Positions 1 to 7,231 of a stretch of 13,612 bases of DNA are shown here, one piece after another. The stretch's first letter is position 1. Each line of letters opens with the position of its first letter. This stretch comes from Chthoniobacteraceae bacterium (lineage in GTDB: Bacteria; Verrucomicrobiota; Verrucomicrobiia; Chthoniobacterales; Chthoniobacteraceae): assembly GCA_031409335.1 (NCBI GenBank), contig JANNWY010000035.1, positions 1-13,612 of the forward strand, written 5' to 3'. The position numbers were made by a program, and so were the translations under genes. The notes under the pieces are model-generated. The model ran no database searches and was not told the origin of the DNA. It was given only the letters and a program-made list of their open reading frames with translations.

Positions 1-44
1 CGTAAGTTTCGCTGGGAACGCACGGCGTAATTTTCACCAGCGCC

Positions 45-641
45 ATGGCCGCAAAATTCATGCAGCTCGTGCTCACGCCCGCCGTCCAGGCCGCGCAGGA
101 GCGATACTTTGGCAAGCATCAGGCCGTCGCCAGCGCACCTGAGCGCGACCCGTTCACCGACGACGAAGCCGCCTTCATCGCGCACTGCGACAGCTTCTAC
201 ATGGCGACGACGAACAGCGACGGCTGGCCCTACCTCCAACACCGCGGCGGCCCCGCCGGTTTCCTGCGCGTGCTCGGCCCGCTCCAGCTCGGCTTCGCCG
301 ATTTCAAAGGCAACCGCCAGATGCTCACCACCGGCAACCTCGACGGCAGCGACCGCGTCGCGCTCTTTCTCATGGACTACCCGAATCGCGAGCGCCTGAA
401 AATCCTCGGCCACGCCCGAGTCCTCGACGCTCGCGAACACCCCGCCCTCGCCGACCAACTCACCCCCACGCCCGAACTGCGCAGCAAAATCGAGCGACTT
501 TTCCTCATCGACGTCGTGAGCTTCGACTGGAATTGCCCGCAATACATCACCCCGCGCTTCACCGAGGCGGAAATCGAGGCGCACACGGCCCCGCTCAAGG
601 CGCGGATTGCGGAACTCGAAAAGCAGGGCGCCCCTCCATAA
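45..641 (+). CDS. Pyridoxamine 5'-phosphate oxidase-like FMN-binding protein
   Basis: 198 aa ORF with family-typical motifs DSFYMAT, GWPYLQHRGGPAGFL, FADFKGNRQ, ALFLMDYP-RLKILG and FDWNCPQYITPRFT. Confidence 0.93.
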   Translation: MAAKFMQLVLTPAVQAAQERYFGKHQAVASAPERDPFTDDEAAFIAHCDSFYMATTNSDGWPYLQHRGGPAGFLRVLGPLQLGFADFKGNRQMLTTGNLDGSDRVALFLMDYPNRERLKILGHARVLDAREHPALADQLTPTPELRSKIERLFLIDVVSFDWNCPQYITPRFTEAEIEAHTAPLKARIAELEKQGAPP

Positions 642-730
642 GGTTGATGGACGGCGCACTGCACGAAGGTTCCTTTCATCACTTCCTGTCTGGCCCCTCA
701 GCCCTTCGGATTCCTTTGAAAAGGGAACGC

Positions 731-925
731 CTACTCTTTCGGTGGTTCCTCGCGGACAACGCACGAAGGCTCCGCGGTATCCGCCGGGTCGTAGGAGACG
801 ACACGCCGTCCGTCGGAGCCTTCGCGGCGGCGCGCGTCTTCAAAAATTCGCCGCAGGTCGTTGCCGTTGCGCGCGGCGATCTCGGCGCGGATGCGGCGGA
901 CTTCTTCGACAATGGGATCCTTCAT
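731..925 (-). CDS. Small partner protein (putative antitoxin) of the PIN-domain gene
   Basis: 64 aa ORF beginning MKDPIVEEVRRIR, a type commonly found directly downstream of this PIN subfamily; its ATG overlaps the PIN stop (ATGA, 922-925). Confidence 0.75.
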   Translation of the reverse strand: MKDPIVEEVRRIRAEIAARNGNDLRRIFEDARRREGSDGRRVVSYDPADTAEPSCVVREEPPKE

Positions 926-1416
926 GGTGTTTCTCCTTCTTCCTTTGGCAGCAATTGCTCAGGCGTGCAAATCTCCGGGCAGCGCCAGCCGTGGAGCGCG
1001 CACACTTCGCGGATGTGCGGTTCCTTTTCGGCGTTGGCGATGTGGCGGCAATTCCACGTCACAAGAAAATCCATCCCATGCACTGCGGCAACTGCGATGT
1101 GCGCGGCATCGGTTCGTGCTTTTTCGGGCACCGCTCCCTCGGCCAGCAGCGCGATGGCCAGGGCGAGCGCCGCTTCCGTGGCCGGCAATTCCGGCAGTCC
1201 ACGCAACGCCTCCAGTCGCAGGCGGGCCGCCTCCGGGTCACCCGCGCCGGCTTCATCCAGGACAAACTGCGAGACATGCAACTCAAAGCGTTCGCGGCAG
1301 GTCACCCACCATTCCCGCGTCGTCTCCTGATGCCCGGCGATGGCGGCATTCCCGCTGGGCCACGCCGTGAGATAGCTCGGAATGGTCGTTTCGAGATAGA
1401 GACGCGGCAGACTCAT
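922..1416 (-). CDS. PIN-domain (VapC-like) toxin/ribonuclease
   Basis: 164 aa with PIN motifs YLETTIPSYL, VSQFVLDEA, DAAHIAVA and FLVTWNCRHIAN. Confidence 0.88.
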   Translation of the reverse strand: MSLPRLYLETTIPSYLTAWPSGNAAIAGHQETTREWWVTCRERFELHVSQFVLDEAGAGDPEAARLRLEALRGLPELPATEAALALAIALLAEGAVPEKARTDAAHIAVAAVHGMDFLVTWNCRHIANAEKEPHIREVCALHGWRCPEICTPEQLLPKEEGETP

Positions 1417-1424
1417 CGCCGTGC

Positions 1425-1453
1425 AGAGTGCCCGGTGCCACAGGCAGCGTCAA
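1425..1453 (-). promoter_or_regulatory. Putative sigma70 promoter for a leaderless PIN-partner transcript
   Basis: On the minus strand, TTGACG (1453-1448), a 17-bp spacer, CACTCT (1430-1425), then 8 nt to the ATG at 1416; no Shine-Dalgarno sequence. Confidence 0.5.
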
Positions 1454-1485
1454 CGCGCTACCCGCGCCGCGCTACCCGTGCCGCG
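1454..1485 (+). repeat. 14-bp tandem duplication at the junction of the PNPOx 3' relic
   Basis: CGCGCTACCCGCGC (1454-1467), CGCGCTACCCGTGC (1468-1481), then CGCG. Confidence 0.7.
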
Positions 1486-1650
1486 AGCGCCTGAAAATCC
1501 TCGGCCACGCCATCGTCCTCGACGTCCAGGAACACACCGGCATCGGCGACCTCGGCGACCAGCTCAGCCGTTCACCCGCGCTTCACGGAGGCCGAGCTGG
1601 AACAGGCCGGAGCTCCGCTGAAGGCGCGTATCGCGGAGTTGGAGGAACGG
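1472..1650 (+). pseudogene. 3'-half relic of a PNPOx-family gene with an internal deletion
   Basis: 1472-~1569 aligns to 377-~465, including a 30-bp exact match 1482-1511 = 387-416 (YPCRERLKILGHA). 1572-~1650 aligns to 547-~626 (RFTEAE..PLKARIAELE). About 80 bp is missing between the two parts and the frame changes. Confidence 0.88.
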
Positions 1651-1736
1651 CTTGTCCACGCCACCGCTGAACTGACCAACTGCGTTGGCAGTGCGTTGCC
1701 GGTCCGAAATGGCCGGGAAACCGGGATGGCCCGTCG

Positions 1737-1758
1737 ATTGATCCAAGCTTGTATCAAT
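1737..1758. repeat. 22-bp near-perfect palindrome downstream of the transposase-fusion gene
   Basis: ATTGATCCAAG|CTTGTATCAAT, with one mismatched pair. Confidence 0.6.
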
Positions 1759-1825
1759 TCACACCTGAATCTCCTGCTCGTGAAAGGTCACCTGCGTCTC
1801 CAGCCGCGAACGACAGACCTTGAAA

Positions 1826-4645
1826 TCATTCCTGCGCGATCTCGTCCGCTGGCATGGCAGTCGGTTCAATGATTGGTGGGCGGTGCCTGCGCCCGCACCG
1901 GCTTTCCGCAAAGGCGTGAATGTCCGTTTCCCCGGAGCGGAGGAAATCCAAAAAGTCCACGCCCATGTATTTGCAGGTTTGGCAGACGCTCAAAAGCGTC
2001 AGATACTCCTCAACACCGCTCTGATTCGAAGTGCCTTCCATCACGTCTCGGAGTGCCGCAAAAGCCTTGATCGCATTCTCAGCGTTATTGTTGTTCCACG
2101 GGATGCCGTCGTGATCCAGAAAAGTGAACAGTTTCTGTCGATTCTTCTCAAAGCGATCTTTGCACTTCAAAGCTGCCTCGCTGTGGTAGGACGCTTTTCC
2201 CAAGTCTCTGAAGAACCGATCCACGAACTTGCGGTGTTTTCGAAGAAAATGTCGTTTCAGACCGCGCCGATCCACTGTCTCCACCATCGGCCTCACAAGT
2301 GACCCAAAACCTTTGACCAGTTCTTTCAGTTCCTCGTCATACGGGTGGTTCAACAATTCATCGTTGAGGTCCCGCAACAGGTGCATGAGGCATTTCTGCT
2401 GCGGGCAGTCGAGTGAGTCGTAAGCTGCGTAGAAGTCAGAGACCAGGACACCTTTGAATCCTACCAGCGTGGCATGCAGCACATCCGCCTCGCGAGTGTC
2501 CGCGTAAAGGTAGGCGACTTCACGGAGATTCGTGAAGACCCAGACGTAGGCCAGTTTACCCTTCACGTTTGCCTTCGTCTCGTCTGCATGGACAAGGTCG
2601 CCCTTAACCAGCCTGGCTAGAATTCCGCGCTGTGTCTCCTTGTAGAATTCGGCCGCTCTCGTTTTGAATTTGTGGGTTGTGGTGCAATTCAGGCCATAGC
2701 CAAATAGTTGGTTTATGCTCAACGTGACGATGCGTTGCGAAATGGAAAGTTGGATGACTTGATAGAGGAAGTAAGCCACAAGGTTCCAACCGAACTTCAG
2801 TGAATTACGGAAGCGCTCTTCCAAGCCAAAGAGAAAGTCACAGCGCCAGCAGAAATATGTCTGGAAAAGGTGTTTCACAACCCATCTCTTGATGCTGAAT
2901 TGCCCGAAACGAAGGTCGTAGAGAATCCGCACACGGATTCCTTTTGGCTTCGTGGAAGTCCGCTTGCATCTCGGGCATTCCGGCGAGACGTCGTAAACGA
3001 CGATCTTGTTGATCCTCATGGACGTTGTTTTGCAGCCAGCGAGCAACTTTTGCGGTTTGCGTTTTCGCTGACCTGGCGGTCTGAAGTACAGGCGGTCGCG
3101 TTGGTAGTCCCAGTAGGCAGCCTTCCGAAGAAACTCTAAATCCGGAGTCACTGATGCCCTCTTCCCAAAAGAGAACGGCATTTGAGGCTTCAACGAATCA
3201 ACATTTACCACGTCGTTGACGTTGGACTCATTCAACCCAGAGGAACTTTTTGTCCCACAGGTCCGCTGCAGGCTGGAGGTGACAATTTCGAGTGCCTCGC
3301 AGTCCTCGGCGTTGTATCTGACCAGCCACTCCTTGACGGTCTGATCACGGGATTCTTGCCACACAGTGCGCATTACGACTGACCGCGTGCCCGAAGCAAT
3401 TGGGTCGGACCACTGAAAATCCAGGATCTTCGCGATATCTTTCAAGCCGTTGGAATACGTCGGGAAGTAGAATTGCGCGAACATGACTGACAAGACATTC
3501 AGCGGTTTCTCGATGGCTTCGACTACGCGGCCGTTCTCTGCCGGCTTGCCATGTCGTTCACTCATCCGATTGAGAAAAGTCGTCTCATAGCTCCCGTAGT
3601 GAATCAGCACCGGCTTCTCGACGGATTCGAGGATGGCTAGGAATTCCCGCCAAATCTTTCCCTCGTCCTCGACGGTGTCCGCCCACAGGCTGTGCTGGAC
3701 GGCGGCTTCGCCGTGGCCGATGCGCACGCCGATGAGGTAGTAGAAATCGCGGTCGGGCAGACCCTCGACATCCAGATAGACGGGCGTGCCTTCGATCTTA
3801 AGTTCCGGGGTGCCGACGATGTGGATCTTCTTCTCCCGAATCGCCAGCGCCTTGAGCGAGTGATGATACTTCTCCCGTTTGTCGCGCTGCCGCTTGGGCC
3901 GGCGACGCGGTCGGAACGTGTAGGATAGTTGCGTGACCGTGAAGATGCCTTTGCTGCGGAATTTCTTGCGCTCTTGCTCGCTCATGCGTGCCAGCAGGCT
4001 GAGGTCATCTTTCTCGATGGCGATCTTCCGGCAGCGGGCCTGGAACTCGCACTCGGCGCAGTGCCGGTTCAGGACAAGGTCGGGTGGCGCAGGGTTGGCG
4101 AGGAGCGCGGCGATTTTTTCGGGGCGCTTTCGCACTTCGCCGGCCAGGGCCGAGGTCTTCACCTTGAGCGTGGCGTGGTTGTCGCCGTGGATGATTTTGC
4201 CGAGGCTGGCTTCGCGCTTCAGCGCTTTCGACAGGGCGACCGCATCCAAGGCCAGCAGCAGTTTTTCGTCCTTGCCCAGCTTGTTGGTGAAGACGAAGCG
4301 GATGGGGATGAACTGGGCCGCCTTGCCCCGGCCACCTGCGGCCACACGTTCGACCGCGTGGAATTCGGATTCCAAGGCACAGGAATCCATCTCCGCCTGC
4401 ACGGCCAGGCTGGAGGCCAGTCGCCACGTGGCAGCTTTGACGCTCTCCAAGTCTGGCGAGAGCGCCACCTCGTCCTGCGGCGAAGCGGCAAGCAGTCGCG
4501 CTGTCCCGGTCTCACGGTAAGCGGCGTTTTGCGTCTCCACCCATTCCGCATAGGTGTTCCCGCTGGCGGCTTCCCCGGTGGCTCGGAGCCAGCATTTCGT
4601 CGGGCACTTCAAGTATGCTTCAAACACCGCAGGCGTGATTTTCAT
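1826..4645 (-). CDS. Fusion protein: TM0106/Cas4-like (RecB-fold) domain + HhH + DEDD/RNase H-like exonuclease + Zn ribbon + IS66-family DDE transposase
   Basis: Uninterrupted ORF of about 940 aa (ATG 4645, or TTG 4654 with GAGGAG 5 nt upstream). N-terminal motifs: YLKCP and HCAECEFQARC; DDLSLLARMS...KGIFTVTQLS. Exonuclease motifs: YLDVEG, IHYGSYE, GLKDIA, YNAEDC. Zn ribbon: CPRC...CWRC. IS66 motifs: VHADET, LVSDFYAAY, QKCLMHLLR, WNNNNAENAIK, SVCQTCK. Confidence 0.88.
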   Translation of the reverse strand: MKITPAVFEAYLKCPTKCWLRATGEAASGNTYAEWVETQNAAYRETGTARLLAASPQDEVALSPDLESVKAATWRLASSLAVQAEMDSCALESEFHAVERVAAGGRGKAAQFIPIRFVFTNKLGKDEKLLLALDAVALSKALKREASLGKIIHGDNHATLKVKTSALAGEVRKRPEKIAALLANPAPPDLVLNRHCAECEFQARCRKIAIEKDDLSLLARMSEQERKKFRSKGIFTVTQLSYTFRPRRRPKRQRDKREKYHHSLKALAIREKKIHIVGTPELKIEGTPVYLDVEGLPDRDFYYLIGVRIGHGEAAVQHSLWADTVEDEGKIWREFLAILESVEKPVLIHYGSYETTFLNRMSERHGKPAENGRVVEAIEKPLNVLSVMFAQFYFPTYSNGLKDIAKILDFQWSDPIASGTRSVVMRTVWQESRDQTVKEWLVRYNAEDCEALEIVTSSLQRTCGTKSSSGLNESNVNDVVNVDSLKPQMPFSFGKRASVTPDLEFLRKAAYWDYQRDRLYFRPPGQRKRKPQKLLAGCKTTSMRINKIVVYDVSPECPRCKRTSTKPKGIRVRILYDLRFGQFSIKRWVVKHLFQTYFCWRCDFLFGLEERFRNSLKFGWNLVAYFLYQVIQLSISQRIVTLSINQLFGYGLNCTTTHKFKTRAAEFYKETQRGILARLVKGDLVHADETKANVKGKLAYVWVFTNLREVAYLYADTREADVLHATLVGFKGVLVSDFYAAYDSLDCPQQKCLMHLLRDLNDELLNHPYDEELKELVKGFGSLVRPMVETVDRRGLKRHFLRKHRKFVDRFFRDLGKASYHSEAALKCKDRFEKNRQKLFTFLDHDGIPWNNNNAENAIKAFAALRDVMEGTSNQSGVEEYLTLLSVCQTCKYMGVDFLDFLRSGETDIHAFAESRCGRRHRPPIIEPTAMPADEIAQE

Positions 4646-4715
4646 ACGATGCAAATCTACTCCTCAAAACGGCGGCTGCCAGTATTGATCGACGGACGGA
4701 GGCCTGCGGTTCATC

Positions 4716-4929
4716 CCGCCTTCATCGCGCGCCGCGACAGCTTCTACATGGCCACGACGAACAGCGACGGCTGGCCCTACCTCCAGCACCGCGGCGGCCC
4801 CGCCGGTTTCCTGCGTGTGCTCGGGCCGCACCAGCTCGGCTTCGCGGATTTCAAAGGCAACCGCCAGATGCTCACCACCGGCAACCTCGACGGCAACGAC
4901 CGCGTCGCGCTCTTCCTCGTGGACTACCC
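4716..4929 (+). pseudogene. 5'-internal relic of a PNPOx-family gene
   Basis: 214-bp ungapped match to 169-382 with 11 mismatches counted by hand (about 95% identity); lacks the gene start and ends at GACTACCC. Confidence 0.93.
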
Positions 4930-5071
4930 CACCGCGCTGGCAGCGATGCGGCGAAACCGGGTGAACGTATTGAGCACCGATGCCGCCCGCGCTTGACCAG
5001 ACGGCGCTTGGCAACGCACTTGGCGAAAAGCACGCCGATTCGAGCGTTGGCGGCGTATGAATCATGCACTC

Positions 5072-5518
5072 ATGCACACCGAAATCCTCGTCCGCTATCT
5101 CCACTTTGTGTCCATCCTCGCGCTGACGGTCGCGATCTTTGGCCAGCATCTCTTACTGCGACCGACCCTGCCACGCCGCGAAGTCCAGCGCCTCGCCGCC
5201 CTCGACCTAGTCTATGCGCTCGCGGTGCTCGGCGTGCTCGCCACCGGACTCCTGCAATGGCACGTCGTCGGCAAACCGGCCGTCTTCTATTCCAACAACC
5301 CGGTGTTTCACGCCAAGCTCGGCCTGTTCGGATTGATCGGGATCATCTCCATCTATCCGACGATGTTTTTTGCCCGGAACAAAAAGGGCGAACCGACCGA
5401 GGCCGTGGCTCTGCCGCGAGCGGTCGCCTGGAGCGTGCGCATCGAGCTGTTCTTACTCCTGGCCATGCCGCTGCTGGCGACTCTCATGGCTCGCGGCATC
5501 GGAAACAAAGGCTCGTGA
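5072..5518 (+). CDS. DUF2214-like membrane protein
   Basis: Four hydrophobic segments; motifs YLHF, DLVYAL, TGLL, KPAVFYSNNPVFHAKL, SIYPT and LATLMARGIG. Alternative ATG at 5057. Confidence 0.82.
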   Translation: MHTEILVRYLHFVSILALTVAIFGQHLLLRPTLPRREVQRLAALDLVYALAVLGVLATGLLQWHVVGKPAVFYSNNPVFHAKLGLFGLIGIISIYPTMFFARNKKGEPTEAVALPRAVAWSVRIELFLLLAMPLLATLMARGIGNKGS

Positions 5519-6459
5519 ATCGTGGAAAGCGCCACCTGCCGCTGTTGCTCATGACTATGGGTTCCATCCTCGCGATGCTCACCGGCTGTGCCTCCCTCAC
5601 ACCTTACAAAGAAGCCATCGCGAAACTTCCGCCGGAGAATTTCCTCACCTTCCAGGGTCGCAAGATCTACGTGGAGGAACACGGCTCCGGCCCGCCGCTG
5701 CTCCTGCTGCATGGCTTCGCCGCCTCGACTTACTCCTTTCACAAGCTCGTGCCGCTGCTCGCGGGACACTTCCGGGTCGTGACCATGGACTACTACGGAT
5801 TCGGCTACACCGAGCGCCCGAAGACGACGGAGGATTTCAGTATCAATGCGCAGTTGGCCCTCATCCGCCACGTCATGAAAACCAAGCGGATGGGTCCGGC
5901 GACGGTCTTGGGACAATCCTACGGAGGCACCCTGGCCTTGCTGCTGGCGCAGTCCGATCCCGGGTTGGTCGAGCGCCTCGTGCTCATCAGTGCCGTCTCG
6001 GAATTTGGTGACCAACCCGCATGGGTGCGATCGCCTTTGACGCGCTGGGTGGGTTACCCCGCCAGCCGTCTTTTGCTCTCGTCGCCGCAGCGTTTCCACA
6101 AGCTGCAGAAGCGGGCCTACCACCGCGCCGGAGTGCTCACGGCGGAAGTCGCGGAAGCCTATCGCGAGCGGCTGTTGATCGAAGGCTTAAAGGAGACCTA
6201 CTTCGCGTTCACGAAAGGCATGGCGAGCGGAGCAAGTCCCGCTCTGAATCTGAAAGGAACAACCTGCCCTGTCCTCGTGATGGCAGGTCGGCACGACGTC
6301 ATCGTCCCTGCCGAGAGCACCCAGCGACTGGTCGCCGCGCTTCCCGGCGCACGCCTCCTGATCCTGGAGGACAGCGCCCACTCCGCGCCAGAAGAAGAGC
6401 CTGAGACCGTGGCCAGGGCGATCCGGGATTTTGCCGGCCACGCCCGGGTGACGCGCTAG
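5515..6459 (+). CDS. Alpha/beta-fold hydrolase, predicted lipoprotein
   Basis: GTG start overlaps the upstream stop (GTGA); signal peptide with lipobox LTGC; HGF oxyanion motif, GQSYGG nucleophile elbow, GRHD acid and SAH histidine. Confidence 0.88.
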   Translation: MNRGKRHLPLLLMTMGSILAMLTGCASLTPYKEAIAKLPPENFLTFQGRKIYVEEHGSGPPLLLLHGFAASTYSFHKLVPLLAGHFRVVTMDYYGFGYTERPKTTEDFSINAQLALIRHVMKTKRMGPATVLGQSYGGTLALLLAQSDPGLVERLVLISAVSEFGDQPAWVRSPLTRWVGYPASRLLLSSPQRFHKLQKRAYHRAGVLTAEVAEAYRERLLIEGLKETYFAFTKGMASGASPALNLKGTTCPVLVMAGRHDVIVPAESTQRLVAALPGARLLILEDSAHSAPEEEPETVARAIRDFAGHARVTR

Positions 6460-6700
6460 CAGGTGGTCATCATCATGCGCTGGATGGTGCGCTCTTTGCC
6501 GTTGGCAAGTTTCACGCGCACTTTTGGCGGGGTGGTAGTGGGCCTGCGGGTGGCTCTGGGGGCGATATGATGGGACGAATGAGAGGGATCGGACCCATGG
6601 GTTCGCGTGGCTCGCCGTCCCATTCGGGATCGCTGAAATGGAGGTGCGCCTTCACGAAGTCGTGGATCATGAAGCAATCATTCCCGTCATAGATCCGCGC
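6456..6700 (-). pseudogene. hsdR: Internal fragment of a type I restriction enzyme R subunit (EcoAI/EcoEI-like HsdR), frameshifted
   Basis: RIYDGNDCFMIHDFVKAHLHFSDPEWDGEP, a Pro-rich linker, and then after a 1-nt shift at the T run 6522-6525, KVRVKLANGKERTIQRMMMTT. This resembles the remembered EcoAI-type HsdR segment RLFDGKDYFTIYDFV..HF.DPEWDGEP...VKLADGKER.IQHM..T. Confidence 0.72.
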
Positions 6701-6894
6701 CTTGCTCTGGCCGAAGTCATCGGGAGTGGCCCGCAATCTGCAAAGCCCTGGCGGAACGTCCTCGACAACGGCGTCCCCGCAGCTTCCCGGCTCTTCTGGA
6801 TTATGCAAAACAAGCTGGCGTTTGTGGGGCGTTGCCCTGGGCTGGCATGTTTCGGCTGGACTGGATTCGCTCCAGCCAGGCGTGCGCTGTCCAA

Positions 6895-7090
6895 CGGCTG
6901 TATGTGGCCGGGATGCGTGATGTGCTGGTCTGTATCGATGTCGCGAGCGGCAGGGAAGTGTGGCGGGTGGATTTCGCAAAGGAGCTGAAAACGAAGGAGC
7001 CGGGCTTCGGTTTTGTGCTTTCGTCGCTGGTCGTTGGGGACCATGTTTTCGTGCAGGCGGGAGCGGGCCTCGCGAAGCTCGCGGGCAAGC
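6895..7090 (+). pseudogene. Internal fragment of a PQQ-binding-like beta-propeller (BamB-like) gene
   Basis: RLYVAGMRDVLVCIDVASGREVWRVDF..GFVLSSLVVGDHVFVQAGAGLAKL is a PQQ-repeat pattern; no credible start or downstream continuation. Confidence 0.72.
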
Positions 7091-7231
7091 GCCAACTCGT
7101 GGCGCTGACGCTTCCGACGGCTGACGATGCACTAGAAGTCCACGCGCGTGATGGTGTCCGGTTCTATTGCCTTTCTACTTTGCAGTTTGCACGCGCAGCG
7201 CAACTCGATAAATCATTCACCGATCCACTCA

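Noticed and set aside
533..1494. Plus-strand ORFs 533..1330, 607..1494 and 861..1370
   Set aside because: Arg/Ala-rich shadow frames opposite the PIN pair, as expected in high-GC DNA.
1670..4716. Canonical IS66 element
   Set aside because: No tnpA or tnpB ORFs, no GTAA...TTAC terminal repeats and no 8-bp target duplication were found around the gene.
169..4929. DGR template/variable repeat pair (169-382 vs 4716-4929)
   Set aside because: The 11 mismatches are not adenine-specific (3 at A in the first copy, 2 at A in the second), 6 are synonymous third-position changes, and no reverse transcriptase is present.
3929..4996. 355-aa plus-strand ORF ending in PNPOx-like sequence
   Set aside because: Mostly the antisense shadow of the fusion gene; only 4716-4929 is recognisable homology.
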